Shown here: positions 49,806-62,172 of the stretch, in pieces
How positions within the stretch are numbered: position 1 is the stretch's first letter
How the letters are laid out: every line of letters starts with the position of its first letter
Source of the DNA: an uncultured Gemmatimonadales bacterium
GTDB taxonomy: Bacteria; Gemmatimonadota; Gemmatimonadetes; Gemmatimonadales; Gemmatimonadaceae
Reading direction: 5' to 3'
Assembly: GCA_963851265.1 (NCBI GenBank)
Contig: CAWKNZ010000003.1
Coordinates: forward strand, 216,014-280,013
Length of the DNA stretch: 64,000 bases
Made by a program: the position numbers and the translations under genes
Notes under the pieces: generated by a model
Told to the model about the DNA's origin: nothing
Database searches by the model: none
Seen by the model: the letters and a program-made list of their open reading frames with translations, nothing else

Positions 49806-51074
49806 TTACCGCCCCCGCCCGATGCGCCCCCGATCTCCTACCGCCCACCCCCCGCCTGTCGTGTAGCTCACCGCGTTCCACCCCGCGCTGTCCACCGCCA
49901 CCCACGTCCGCCCGTCGTCACGCGTCACCGCCGTCCCCCCACCTCCGACGGCGACGGCAGTTCTCGCCAGCCCCGGCGCGTACGCCAACCCCGACCAGTA
50001 CCCCGGGACCGTTCCCCCCTTCTCCCATCGGTCGCCGTCGTCCGTGCGCACCACCTGCCCCGTTCCGGCGCGCGCCTGTCGGTAGTCGCCCCCCACCGCG
50101 ATCGCCGGCGCGGGCAGCGTCCGCAGCGTGCGCGAGCGCAGGTTGGCCGTGACCGCGCTCCCTCCGCCTCGCGGCGCTCCCGCGACCGCGAACAGTCCGG
50201 CGCTCGCCCCCTGCGGCGTTCCCGCCACCGTCACCGGGTCCCAGCGCGCGCCCCCCGTCGTCGTCGTGAAGATCCTCGCCCCGCGCGGCCCGCCCGTGAC
50301 GAACCACGCGCGCGTGTCGTCCGCGACGCCCAACGCCGCATTCCCCGCGGCGAACGCCCCCTCGTCGGGCAGCGCGTCGGGCATCCCCTCGGCCGGCGTA
50401 CGCCGCCACGTCAGCCCGCCGTCGCTCGTCACGAGCACGAGGAAGCGGCGGTGCCCCCCTTCGGTGACCGGGTCGCTCAGCACCAGCCCGTACTGCCGGT
50501 CCCAGAAGGCGATCGCGTCGTAGAACACCCCCGGCGCGCTGTCCTGTCGCACGAGCGTCCAGTTGCGCCCGCCGTTGACGGTGCGGTACAGCCTCGCCTG
50601 CCCCGCCGCACCGTCACCCGCGCTCGCGACGATCGCCGTGAGCGAGTCGAAGGCCCACACCGAGCGGAAGTCGAGCGACTCGGCACCCGGCACCGGCCGC
50701 CGGAGCCACGTCGCGCCCCCGTCCGTGGTGCGGAGTACCGTTCCGCCGCTGCCACTCGCCCACCCCACCTGCGCGCTCACCGCGCGCACGCCCCGCAGCG
50801 ACGCGCCGCGGGCCTCGGGCGCGGGCTGCAGCGTCCAGAACGGCGACGGCAGCGTGCGCCACCGGTCCGTCTCGCCGCCGAGGATGGACTTGTCGAACGG
50901 CTGTCCGCCGACCGGCGGGCCGACGAGCGGGGCCCCGGTGCGGCCGCACGCGGCGAGGGCCGTGACGACCACGGCCCCCGCGACGCGGCGGGCGGCGGTG
51001 CGGCAGAGCGCGCGCTGGCGGTGGGGAATCGCGACGAGCGGGCAGACGGGCGGGTGCGGCATGAGGTCAGGCAT
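49806..51074 (-). CDS. BNR/Ycf48-like beta-propeller lipoprotein
   Basis: Lipobox LAAC; repeated T.DGG.TW; LDFR, EGAFAA motifs; start uncertain. Confidence 0.8.
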   Translation of the reverse strand: MPDLMPHPPVCPLVAIPHRQRALCRTAARRVAGAVVVTALAACGRTGAPLVGPPVGGQPFDKSILGGETDRWRTLPSPFWTLQPAPEARGASLRGVRAVSAQVGWASGSGGTVLRTTDGGATWLRRPVPGAESLDFRSVWAFDSLTAIVASAGDGAAGQARLYRTVNGGRNWTLVRQDSAPGVFYDAIAFWDRQYGLVLSDPVTEGGHRRFLVLVTSDGGLTWRRTPAEGMPDALPDEGAFAAGNAALGVADDTRAWFVTGGPRGARIFTTTTGGARWDPVTVAGTPQGASAGLFAVAGAPRGGGSAVTANLRSRTLRTLPAPAIAVGGDYRQARAGTGQVVRTDDGDRWEKGGTVPGYWSGLAYAPGLARTAVAVGGGGTAVTRDDGRTWVAVDSAGWNAVSYTTGGGWAVGDRGRIGRGR

Positions 51075-51723
51075 CGGGGGCAGGCGCGCGCGTCGTCCCC
51101 GACGACCGCGGCAGCGCCCAGTACACGGCGAACAGCCCGAGCGCCGCGACGCTCACCGGAACGCTCACGAGCGCCACCAGCGTGATCACGAGGTAGAGAG
51201 CCGGGCCATAGCGAAAACTTTCGGTGATGGTGCGCGCACCCGGGTGCGACGGGTCGTGCAGCAGTCGCGCGCGGCGGATGTAGAACCAGAGCACGTTGAA
51301 GGCGATCGCCATCCAGAAGAACGAGCCGCCGAACACCAGCGCCGCGACCGTCCGATCGTGCCCCGGTCCGCCCGCGAGGTGCTCGGCGAGCACCGCCGTC
51401 GGGAAGGGGAGGAACGACACGGTGAGCAGAAAGAACACCGTCACCATCAGCAGGCCGCGGTCCGCGCGGCGCACGTGGTCCATCACCGCGTGGTGGTTGG
51501 CCCAGATCACGCCGATCGTGAGGAAGCTGATGACGTAGGCCACGTACGCCGGCCAGCGCGCGAGCAGGGCGGCGCCGAGCCCCCCGGCGCCCCCCTCGCC
51601 CACGGCGGGCACCTTGATCTCGAGGATCAGCAGCGTGATCGCGATCGCGAACACGCCGTCGCTGAACGCTTCGAGGCGCGTCGTGGTCGTCGTGCCGTCG
51701 AGCGACGGGGGCTCGTCCGCCAT
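51067..51723 (-). CDS. TMEM175-family potassium channel (DUF1211)
   Basis: RLEAFSDGVFAIAITLL signature, W.NHH, six TM segments. Confidence 0.9.
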   Translation of the reverse strand: MADEPPSLDGTTTTTRLEAFSDGVFAIAITLLILEIKVPAVGEGGAGGLGAALLARWPAYVAYVISFLTIGVIWANHHAVMDHVRRADRGLLMVTVFFLLTVSFLPFPTAVLAEHLAGGPGHDRTVAALVFGGSFFWMAIAFNVLWFYIRRARLLHDPSHPGARTITESFRYGPALYLVITLVALVSVPVSVAALGLFAVYWALPRSSGTTRAPAPDA

Positions 51724-51754
51724 CGCGCGGCTACCGTCGGCGGCCGCGACGCAT

Positions 51755-52198
51755 TCAGCCCGCCGCCGGCGGCGCGTCGATCTCCTCGATCCGCCGCTGG
51801 TGCCGGCCGCCCTCGAAGGGCGTTTCGATCCATGTGCGGACGATCCCCTCGAGGTCGCCCTCCGCGATCAACCGCTCGCCTAACGACAGCACGTTCGCGT
51901 CGTTGTGCTGCCGGCCGAAGCGCGCCGCGTCCACGTTCCAGCAGAGCGCGCAGCGCACGCCGGGGACGCGGTTGGCGACGATCGCCTCCCCGTTGCCCGA
52001 CCCGCCGAGCACCACGCCGCGCTCGAAGTCTCCGCGCGCGACCGCCTCGGCGGCGGGGCGGATGAACAGCGGGTAGTCGACCGGCTCTTCCGAGTTGGTG
52101 CCGAAGTCGGTCACGTCGTGCCCCCAGCCGCGGAGCATGGGGACGATGAGCGACTTGTAGCGGTAGCCCGCGTGGTCCGAAGCGATGACGATGCGCAT
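51755..52198 (-). CDS. rpiB: Ribose-5-phosphate isomerase B
   Basis: SDHAG, VDYP, GGSGNG, HNDANVL, FEGGRH.RR. Confidence 0.93.
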   Translation of the reverse strand: MRIVIASDHAGYRYKSLIVPMLRGWGHDVTDFGTNSEEPVDYPLFIRPAAEAVARGDFERGVVLGGSGNGEAIVANRVPGVRCALCWNVDAARFGRQHNDANVLSLGERLIAEGDLEGIVRTWIETPFEGGRHQRRIEEIDAPPAAG

Positions 52199-52223
52199 GG
52201 CGGAACGATGTAGCTTGCGCCGC

Positions 52224-53459
52224 ATGTGGGACAGTCCCCCGGCCGCGATCGCCGTCGACACGGCGCCCAGCGCCGCCCGCGCCGACAGCGCGGGCGTGCT
52301 CCCCGGCGTCGAGGTGCTTCTCCGCGACTCGCTCGGCCTGCTGCGCGGCAAGCGCGTCGGGCTGATCACCAACCCGACGGGGCGCGACCGCGCCGGCACC
52401 AGCACCGCCGACCTCCTCGCCCGCGCACCCGGCGTGCACCTCGCGGCCCTCTTCGGTCCCGAGCACGGCATCCGCGGCACCGCGGCCGCCGGCGCGCACG
52501 TCGCCTCGTCGGTCGATTCGGCCACCGGCGTCCCCGTCTACTCGCTCTACGGTGCCACCCGCGCCCCCACGCGCGAGATGCTCGCGAACGTGGACGTGCT
52601 CGTCTACGACATCCAGGACGTCGGGGCGCGCGTCTACACGTACGAGTGGACGATGGCGCTCGCCGCGGCCGCGGCCGACTCGGCCGGCATCCCCTTCGTC
52701 GTGCTCGACCGCCCCGACCCGGTCCGCGCCGACCGCGTGGAGGGGGGCGTGCTCGACCCGCGCTTCGCGAGCTTCGTGGGCCAGTACCCGGTCGCGATGC
52801 GCTACGGACTCACCCCCGGCGAACTGCTCCGCTACCTCGCCGGCACCGGGGCGGTGCGCGTGCGCCGCCTCACCGTGGTGCCGATGCGCGGGTACGGGCG
52901 CGCCATGTGGTACGCGAGCACGCGCCTGCCGCGCGTGAACCCGTCGCCCAACCTCCGCAGCGCCGACGCCGAGCTGCTGTACACCGGGACCGTGCTGTTC
53001 GAGGGCACGAACGTGAGCGAGGGGCGCGGCACCGACGAGCCGTTCGCCCTCGTCGGCGCGCCGTGGCTCATCGACGCGCCCGCGCTGGCGCAGGCGCTCA
53101 CCGCGCGCGCCGCGCGCGACCCCGCGCTAAGCGGCGTGCGCTTCGAGGCCGTCGCGCGCGCCGTGGCGGCGGGCACCGAGAAGTTCGGCGGCCAGACCAT
53201 CCCGATGCTTCGCGTCGTGGTCACCGACCGCGACCGCGTGCGACCGGACGCGGTGGGGCTCTGGATGCTCCGCGCGATCTACGCGGCGCACCCGCGCGAA
53301 TTCGCCTGGCGCACGGCGCACGCGGACCGGCTCGCGGGGAGCGACCGGATGCGGCGGGCCGTGGAGGAGGGTGACGGGGCGGTCGCGGCGTTGCTGGGGC
53401 GGTATGAAGAAGAGGCGCGCGCGTTCGAGAGGGGAACGGAGAAGTACCGGATCTATTGA
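52224..53459 (+). CDS. Exo-beta-N-acetylmuramidase NamZ family (DUF1343)
   Basis: VGLITNPTG, FGPEHG, YSLYG, DIQDVGAR.YTY, SPN, SEGRGT. Confidence 0.88.
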   Translation: MWDSPPAAIAVDTAPSAARADSAGVLPGVEVLLRDSLGLLRGKRVGLITNPTGRDRAGTSTADLLARAPGVHLAALFGPEHGIRGTAAAGAHVASSVDSATGVPVYSLYGATRAPTREMLANVDVLVYDIQDVGARVYTYEWTMALAAAAADSAGIPFVVLDRPDPVRADRVEGGVLDPRFASFVGQYPVAMRYGLTPGELLRYLAGTGAVRVRRLTVVPMRGYGRAMWYASTRLPRVNPSPNLRSADAELLYTGTVLFEGTNVSEGRGTDEPFALVGAPWLIDAPALAQALTARAARDPALSGVRFEAVARAVAAGTEKFGGQTIPMLRVVVTDRDRVRPDAVGLWMLRAIYAAHPREFAWRTAHADRLAGSDRMRRAVEEGDGAVAALLGRYEEEARAFERGTEKYRIY

Positions 53460-53530
53460 GGCGTTGCACGGTCAGGCGGGGGATGGCCGATCACGGACAC
53501 GCGCGACCCTCTCGCCTAACGCCCCCACCA

Positions 53531-55636
<2,106 letters not shown>

Positions 55637-55685
55637 CCCACGAACCTACACCGGGCAACCCGAACTGCCATGCCGCGGCGCGCTC

Positions 55686-56399
55686 CTAACGCTGCGGCTT
55701 GCCGCTGCCGCGCCCCGCGCTCGGCGACTTGGCCTCGGGCGCCGAGGCGTCGGCGGCCGACTTCCCGCCCTGCGGCACCATCGAGATGTACGCCGTCGAC
55801 GGCTCCTGGCCGGGTGGCACCGGCCGCGGCGTGCGCTCGCCCTTGGGACCGAGCGCGTGGACGTAGCGGTACAGCGCGCGCAGGTCCGCGTCGTTCATCG
55901 CGGCCGTGTTCATCCACGGCATCGGCGGTCGGCCGTGCCCACCGTCTGCCGTGGTGAGGATCTGGACCCACCGGTCCTCGGGGATGCGGCTCACCACCAG
56001 GCGCAGGTTGGCCGCGTACGTCGTCCCCCACGGGCCGCGGTAGCCGATCCCGCTCCCGGCGAGGCGGTCGGCGTCCGGCGTCTTCCCCATCGTCTCGTCC
56101 CAGTTGCTCGTGTGACAGTCGTTGCAGCCGCCCACGACGGCGAGGTACGCGCCCGCGACGGAGTCGCTGGTCGCCGTCACGCGCGGGCGCGAGCTGTCGG
56201 GCTGCGGTGCGCGCGTTTGCGGAGTGGTCTGCGGCGCGACCGCCGGCCGAGCCGGCGCGGGGCGGGCTGCAGCGAGCACGCCGGCGCCGGCGAGCAGCGC
56301 CGCCGCAGCCGTGGCGAGCGGGCGGCGCGCCGGGGCACGCATCCACAGGGAGTGGACGCGCGCGAGTGCCGCCGTGGAGCGGCGCGTGGACGGACGCAT
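55686..56399 (-). CDS. c-type cytochrome
   Basis: CNDCH haem motif, GPWGTTYAANL, PPMPW; start uncertain (56399 or 56342). Confidence 0.82.
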   Translation of the reverse strand: MRPSTRRSTAALARVHSLWMRAPARRPLATAAAALLAGAGVLAAARPAPARPAVAPQTTPQTRAPQPDSSRPRVTATSDSVAGAYLAVVGGCNDCHTSNWDETMGKTPDADRLAGSGIGYRGPWGTTYAANLRLVVSRIPEDRWVQILTTADGGHGRPPMPWMNTAAMNDADLRALYRYVHALGPKGERTPRPVPPGQEPSTAYISMVPQGGKSAADASAPEAKSPSAGRGSGKPQR

Positions 56400-56490
56400 G
56401 AGACCTCGTGGTGAGAGGACGGCGAGTAGTCGACCAATCGGACTCGGCCATACGGCTGCACCTCGCGCGCCACGCCACCTGGGGACCGGA

Positions 56491-57498
56491 TCAGACCACG
56501 CGGTCGGGCGGTGTTCGGCCGGCAAGCACCGCGTCGAGGTTGGCGACCGCGCGCATGCCCATCGCTGTCCGCGTCTCGACCGTCGCGCTCCCGAGATGGG
56601 GCAGCAGCACCACGTTCTCGAGCGCGAGCAGCGACGCGGGCACGGCGGGCTCGCGCTCGTACACGTCGAGCCCCGCCGCGGCGAGCGGACCGTCGCGCAG
56701 CGCCGCCGCGAGCGCGGCCTCGTCGACCACCGAACCGCGCGCCGTGTTCACGAGTACCGCGCCCGGGCGCATCCGCGCGAACGCGGCGGCGTTCATCAGG
56801 TGGTGCGTCTCGGGCGTGGCCGGGCAGTGGAGCGACACCACGTCGCTCTCGCCCAGCAAGGACTCGAGCGACGGCGCCGCGCTCGCCCACGGCTCGGGAT
56901 CTGGCACCGGGCGCCGCGACACGTACCGGACGCGCATGCCGAGCGCGTGATGCGCCTTGCGCGAGAGCGCCCGCCCGATCCGGCCGTACCCCACGATGCC
57001 CAGCGTCTTGCCCGCGGGCGAGATGCCGAGGTGGTGGGTCGGCGCGAGGCCCGCCCAGCGCCCGGCGCGGACGAGGCGTTCGGCCTCGCCGAGTCGACGG
57101 GCGGCCATCAGCAGCAGGGCGAGCGCGAGGTCGGCCGTGTCCTCGGTGAGCACGTCGGGCGTGTTGGTCACCGGCACGCCGGCCACGCGTGCCGCGTCGA
57201 GGTCGATGTGGTCGACGCCGACGCCGCAGTTCGCGACCACGCGGCAGCGCAATGGGGCGCCGCCGGTGATGTCGCGCGCCGCATGCCACACCGCCCGATC
57301 CAACCGGTCGCCCACCACGGGCAAAAGCCCGTCCGCCGTCGCGAGCGCGATGGAGAGCGCGGCGCCGCCGAGCGGCACGTCGGCGGGGTTGAACGTGCAG
57401 TCGAAGCGCGCGGCGAGAGCGTCCTCGACCGCCGCGGGGAGCCGTCGGGTGACGACGACGCGCGGACGCGCGGCGCCGGGCGGTTCGAGGTGCGTCAT
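56491..57498 (-). CDS. D-2-hydroxyacid dehydrogenase (glyoxylate reductase-like)
   Basis: TNTPDVLT, GYGRIG, VSLHCP, NTARG, LDVYE.EP, PHLGS. Confidence 0.92.
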   Translation of the reverse strand: MTHLEPPGAARPRVVVTRRLPAAVEDALAARFDCTFNPADVPLGGAALSIALATADGLLPVVGDRLDRAVWHAARDITGGAPLRCRVVANCGVGVDHIDLDAARVAGVPVTNTPDVLTEDTADLALALLLMAARRLGEAERLVRAGRWAGLAPTHHLGISPAGKTLGIVGYGRIGRALSRKAHHALGMRVRYVSRRPVPDPEPWASAAPSLESLLGESDVVSLHCPATPETHHLMNAAAFARMRPGAVLVNTARGSVVDEAALAAALRDGPLAAAGLDVYEREPAVPASLLALENVVLLPHLGSATVETRTAMGMRAVANLDAVLAGRTPPDRVV

Positions 57499-57508
57499 CG
57501 CGGATCGG

Positions 57509-58397
57509 TCATCGGGGGTCGGTCACCGCAGCGCGCTCGCGCACGAACGTTCGGGGGTCGGCGAGGAAGCGGGCCGCGAGCGCCGTCGCGCCGGCGCGTG
57601 AGGCGGGCGCGAGCAGGTGATCCTCGCCGGGGAATGGCACGAGCACGTGAGGCGCTCCCGCCCGCGTCAGCACGCGATCCACGCGTTCGGCCACGCGGAA
57701 CGGCACCGCGCCGTCGGCGGTGCCGTGGAGGAGGAGGCTGGGCGGAAACGGACGGTCCGCCGGGCGGCGGCCGCCCGAGTCGATCTGCGCCGCGACACCG
57801 CGAAACAGTCCACCCGACACGACGACGAGCGCGTCGGGGCGCGAATCGACCGCGCCGAGCGCGAGTGCGAGGTAGCCACCCAGGGAGAGGCCGACGACCC
57901 CGGTGCGCGCGCTGTCGACGTCGGCGTCGTGCCGCAGCGCCGTGAGCGCGTCGCCCAGGGTCGCGGTCCACGTCGGCCAGAGGCGCGCCTCGGTCGCGTC
58001 GTTCGTGTGGCGCTGGCCGGTGCGGTCGAAGTAGTGGACCACGTACGCCACGTACCCGCGGTGCGCGAGCGCGTCGGCCCAGCGCCGCGTTTCGGCCCCG
58101 GTTTTCGCGCCGATGCCCGCCGAGGTGTGGAGCACCAGCACGGCCGCCCGGCGCACCCGGGGCGCTCCCGCTGCAGGCCTCGCCGCGGCGGGCGGCGCGG
58201 CGGGCGTCGAGTCGAGCGGTGCGAAGCGCTCGACCGCGATCGGGCGTCCACCGCTGGTGATCGTCGTGCGTGCGTAGGCGAGGTCGCGCGGTGGGTGGTA
58301 GGTGGCGCACGCGCCGCCCACGGCCGCGCTGCCCGCGGCGGAGCGCGAGCGCGAGCGTCCACGGAGCCCCCCGCCGGACCGCCACGCACCTGTCCAT
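57509..58397 (-). CDS. Dienelactone-hydrolase-like alpha/beta hydrolase lipoprotein; probable 1-nt frameshift in the signal peptide
   Basis: GLSLGG, LHGTADGAVP, GEDH triad; ATG 58397 gives a clean lipoprotein leader if one base is removed at 58340-58341. Confidence 0.78.
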
Positions 58398-58423
58398 CCG
58401 TCCGGCCCCCGCGTGCGACCGCG

Positions 58424-59482
58424 TCAGTGCCGCGACTCCCGGTTCGCGCGCGCCACCTGTCCGAGGCCGCGGGCATCGAGGCTGTCGACCAGCCAGTCGA
58501 CGTCGTGTTCGATGAGCGGGCCGGCGATCAGGAGGCGCCGGAACGCGTGCCCGCCGAGCGGGACCAGGGTGCGGCGGAAGCGCGCCCCGCCGGCGACGGC
58601 GAGCGCGGAGTCGGCGATGCGGTACGCGTCGCCCCCGCCGCGCACCACCGCGATGCGTACGGTCGGGTCGGTGGCGCGAATCGCGTCGGCGGTCGAGAAG
58701 GTGCCCGGTCCGATCGGGTTCTGCAGGTGTTCGAGCGGGTTGATTCGCGAGAGGCCGAGGTGCCCACGCGAGCCCGGGCCCATGGCGAGCACGCCCACGG
58801 TGCCGCGCGGCGGCGCGTGGGCCGCGGTCCAGATGGCGAGATCGGCGCCGAACGAGTGCCCCGCGATGATCACCGGCGCGGTGGGCGCGCCGAACTCCGC
58901 GCGCACGCGCTCGACCAGCGGGCCGACGCTCGCCGCGAACGCGCTGTCGCGGACTGCCGGCGTGCTGGACGGCAGGACGGGCAGGTGCCGCATCAGGTCG
59001 AGCCCGACCACGGCGAACCCGTGCCGCGCGAGGAGTTCGGCGAGCTTCTGGTGCTCGCGGGTGAACGCCCCGTCGTTGCCGTAGAACAGGACGACGCCGC
59101 GCGGCTCGCGCGGAGCGGCGCCCCTGGGCGCGGGCGGCATCACCGCGGGGAAGAGCGCGACCGGCATGTCGCGGAGCAGCGGGTCGCGCGGCACGTACTG
59201 CGGCACCGCCGGCGGGAAGATGAGCCGGTGCGCGAACGGGTACGCGACGACCAGCGCGGCCGCGACGAGCGCCAGCGTCCCGAGCCAGGCGCGCCAGTTC
59301 GCCGGGCGCCACCACCGGCGCCACCGACGCCAGCGCGCAGCGCGTGCACGAGGCGCGGGCTCACCCGCGGGCTCACGCATCGGCGCCCCCGACGGCGCAC
59401 CGCGTGCGCGCGGTGCGCGCTCACGCCGTCGGTCGACGGGGACGGCGGGGAGGGCCGCGGCGGACCGCGTCGGCGCACGCAT
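58424..59482 (-). CDS. AcvB/VirJ-family hydrolase
   Basis: TM anchor; LFYGNDG, GFAVVGLD, GHSFGAD, GGHAF. Confidence 0.68.
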   Translation of the reverse strand: MRAPTRSAAALPAVPVDRRRERAPRARGAPSGAPMREPAGEPAPRARAARWRRWRRWWRPANWRAWLGTLALVAAALVVAYPFAHRLIFPPAVPQYVPRDPLLRDMPVALFPAVMPPAPRGAAPREPRGVVLFYGNDGAFTREHQKLAELLARHGFAVVGLDLMRHLPVLPSSTPAVRDSAFAASVGPLVERVRAEFGAPTAPVIIAGHSFGADLAIWTAAHAPPRGTVGVLAMGPGSRGHLGLSRINPLEHLQNPIGPGTFSTADAIRATDPTVRIAVVRGGGDAYRIADSALAVAGGARFRRTLVPLGGHAFRRLLIAGPLIEHDVDWLVDSLDARGLGQVARANRESRH

Positions 59483-59524
59483 GGCGGGGCAATCTACGCC
59501 ACCCGGGCGTTCGCGTGCCGCGCG

Positions 59525-60223
59525 TCATGCCCCGTTCGAGTCATCTCGTACCGGATCCGCGCCGCCCCGTGCGACGTCGCCGACGAGCGCGGTCGTCCAC
59601 GCCACGTCGTCGCGCGCGAGCTGGTGGCCGGCCGGCGTCCAGCGCACCTCCGCCGCGCATCCGACCGCCCGCAGCAACGTCGCCAGCCGACCTGGCTGGT
59701 CGGCGGGCACGAGCGGGTCGGCGCGCCCGGCCGCGATGACCACCCGCGCGCCCGGAGACGCGGCCGGCGGGACGCGATCGGGCTCGTACGGCACCATCGG
59801 CCGCAGGAGCGCCGCGGCCGCCAACGCGTCGGGGCGCCGGAGCAGCAGGCTCGCGGCGATGTTGGCGCCGTTCGAGAAGCCGACCGCGACCACGCGCCCG
59901 CGATCGCGCCCGTACGCCGCGACCGCCGCGTCGACGAACGCGCCCAGCTGCCCGGTGCGCTCGGCCAGATCCTCCAGGTCGAACACCCCTTCGGCCAACC
60001 GCCGGAAGAAGCGCGGCATGCCGTGCTCCAGCACCCCGCCCCGCGGGCTGAGGACCGCCGCCCCGGGCGCGACGCGCACGGCCAGCGGCAGCAGGTCGCG
60101 CTCGTCGCCGCCCGTGCCGTGCAGCATGAGCAGGGTGAGGTCGGCCAGCGGTGTGCCCGGCGTGGGTGGAACGAAGACGTGCGCGAAGCCGTGGGCCGTG
60201 ACCGTGGGCGGGTTGGGCGACAT
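59525..60223 (-). CDS. Alpha/beta hydrolase (MhqD-like carboxylesterase)
   Basis: LHGTGGDE, PRFFRR..EGVFD, GFSNGANIA, GHQL. Confidence 0.88.
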   Translation of the reverse strand: MSPNPPTVTAHGFAHVFVPPTPGTPLADLTLLMLHGTGGDERDLLPLAVRVAPGAAVLSPRGGVLEHGMPRFFRRLAEGVFDLEDLAERTGQLGAFVDAAVAAYGRDRGRVVAVGFSNGANIAASLLLRRPDALAAAALLRPMVPYEPDRVPPAASPGARVVIAAGRADPLVPADQPGRLATLLRAVGCAAEVRWTPAGHQLARDDVAWTTALVGDVARGGADPVRDDSNGA

Positions 60224-60276
60224 GGACGTGGGAAGTCGGGGCGGTGAGCCCGGCGCGCGGACGCGGGCGCGGGCCG

Positions 60277-61362
60277 TCAGTCGGCCGCGCGCTCGTACTG
60301 CACCGGCCACGTGATCGACTCGCCGAGCGCTTTCGCCGCCCGGAGCGGCCAGTACGGATCGCGCAGCAGCTGACGCGCCAGCAGCACCACGTCCGCCTGC
60401 TCGCGCTGCAGGACGTCCTGCGCCTGTTCGGGCGTGGTGATCAGCCCCACGGCGCCCGTCGCGATCCCCGCCTCGCGGCGCACCCGTTCGGCGAACTCCA
60501 CCTGATAGCCCGGTCCCACCGGGATCTTCACCCCCGGCACCAGCCCGCCTGTCGAACAGTCGACGAGGTCCACCCCGCGGGCGGTCAGGAGGCGCGCCAG
60601 CTCGACCGTCTGGTCGGCGTCCCACCCGCCGGGCGCCCAGTCCGTGGCCGACACGCGCACCCAGAGCGGCAGCTCGTCGGGCCACTCGCGGCGTACCGCG
60701 TCGACGACGTCGAGCGTGAACCGCACGCGGTTCTCGAAGCTGCCGCCGTACGCGTCCGTGCGGTGGTTGCTGAGCGGCGAGAGGAACTGGTGCATCAGGT
60801 AGCCGTGCGCCGCGTGCAACTCGATCACGCGAAACCCGGCCTCGCGCGACCGGCGCGTCGCCGCGGCGAACGCGTCCACCACCCCGCGCACCTCCTCACC
60901 CGTCAGGGCGTGCGGGACCGGGTCGCCGTCGCGAAACGGCACCGCGCTCGGCGCCACGGGCAGCCAACCGCCGTTCTCCGGGCGGACCACCCGTCCGCCC
61001 TCCCACGGCGGGGTCACGCTCGCTTTGCGCCCGGCATGGCCCAGCTGCACGCCCGAGGGCGCGCCCTGCGCGTCCATGAAACGCACGCACCGCGCGAGCC
61101 CGTCCACGTGGGCGTCGTCCCAGATGCCGAGGTCCTGGGCCGAGATCCGGCCGTCGGCCGTGACCGCGGTGGCTTCGAGCAGCACGAGGCCCGCGCCGCC
61201 GACGGCGCGGCTGCCGAGGTGCACGAAGTGCCAGTCGTTGGCGAGTCCGTCGGTGCTCGAGTACTGGCACATCGGGCTCACGACGATGCGGTTGCGGATC
61301 TCGAGTCCGCGCTGCCGGAAGGGGCTGAACAGCCCGGTCGCGGCGAGGGTGGCGTCAGTCAT
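60277..61362 (-). CDS. NADH:flavin oxidoreductase (YqjM/NamA-type old yellow enzyme)
   Basis: NRIVVSPMCQY, QLGHAGRK, HAAHGYL..FLSP, C-terminal PVQYER. Confidence 0.92.
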   Translation of the reverse strand: MTDATLAATGLFSPFRQRGLEIRNRIVVSPMCQYSSTDGLANDWHFVHLGSRAVGGAGLVLLEATAVTADGRISAQDLGIWDDAHVDGLARCVRFMDAQGAPSGVQLGHAGRKASVTPPWEGGRVVRPENGGWLPVAPSAVPFRDGDPVPHALTGEEVRGVVDAFAAATRRSREAGFRVIELHAAHGYLMHQFLSPLSNHRTDAYGGSFENRVRFTLDVVDAVRREWPDELPLWVRVSATDWAPGGWDADQTVELARLLTARGVDLVDCSTGGLVPGVKIPVGPGYQVEFAERVRREAGIATGAVGLITTPEQAQDVLQREQADVVLLARQLLRDPYWPLRAAKALGESITWPVQYERAAD

Positions 61363-61689
61363 GGATGTGCGCTGGCGCACGCTGCATGCGCGAAGGCCGT
61401 CCCGGCAGCGGAACATCGATGCTGCACGCGACGACACGGCCGCCCTCGGTGCGTGGAGTGTCATCAGGCGTCCCATATGAAGGACACGTCAGAAAACATC
61501 CGACTCACGACGGACGCGGACGGATTCACGTAACGCGTTGACGTGCCGATACTTGCGGGCGCACCAAGGCGTATGTGTCCATGATCGTGGCATGGTCCGC
61601 AGACTGCTTTGGGAGGATGCGCTCCACCCGCGCGGCACCGGCATCGGCCGGAGCTGGCCGCGCTCCACATTCGGCAACTGAGTCGCACG

Positions 61690-62163
61690 ATGTCCTATTA
61701 CTCCACCGCGTCCACCGCCATGGAGCACGACACTGCTCGCCGGTTGGAAGCGCTCGATCCGTCGCACGACCGCCTCGCCCGTCGGCTGAGCGACATCCGG
61801 CTCGACCACGGCCGTCTGGTGCGCGACCTGGCCCCTGCGGTCCCGGCGTCGGGCCACGATGGCACGCCCGACGCGCTCGAGGTGGACGGCCAGAGGCCGA
61901 CGCCGGCCGAGGGCGAGGCGGCGGCCGTCGTGCTCGACCCGGCGCGGGAGGCGCTCGACCGCACGTGTCTCACGGTCAAGCGCATCGCGCACGACATCGG
62001 GATGCCCCGCGCCACGCTCGAGGCCTACCGGCTCGGCACCCGCCGTATGCCGCACGGCGCGCGCGTGCGGCTCGGCAAGTACCTCGCCGCGCACGCCGCC
62101 ATGCTGGACGGCCTCGCGCAGGCGCTCATGGCGCCACCCCCCTCCAAATCGTCCGACGTCTGA
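61690..62163 (+). CDS. Hypothetical protein with C-terminal HTH-like segment
   Basis: TVKRIAHDIGMPRATLEAYRLGTRRMP resembles an XRE-type HTH. Confidence 0.55.
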   Translation: MSYYSTASTAMEHDTARRLEALDPSHDRLARRLSDIRLDHGRLVRDLAPAVPASGHDGTPDALEVDGQRPTPAEGEAAAVVLDPAREALDRTCLTVKRIAHDIGMPRATLEAYRLGTRRMPHGARVRLGKYLAAHAAMLDGLAQALMAPPPSKSSDV

Positions 62164-62172
62164 CGTGCCGGG

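Noticed and set aside
51067..51723. TMEM175 as a eukaryote-derived gene
   Set aside because: Prokaryotic single-repeat TMEM175 channels are well established
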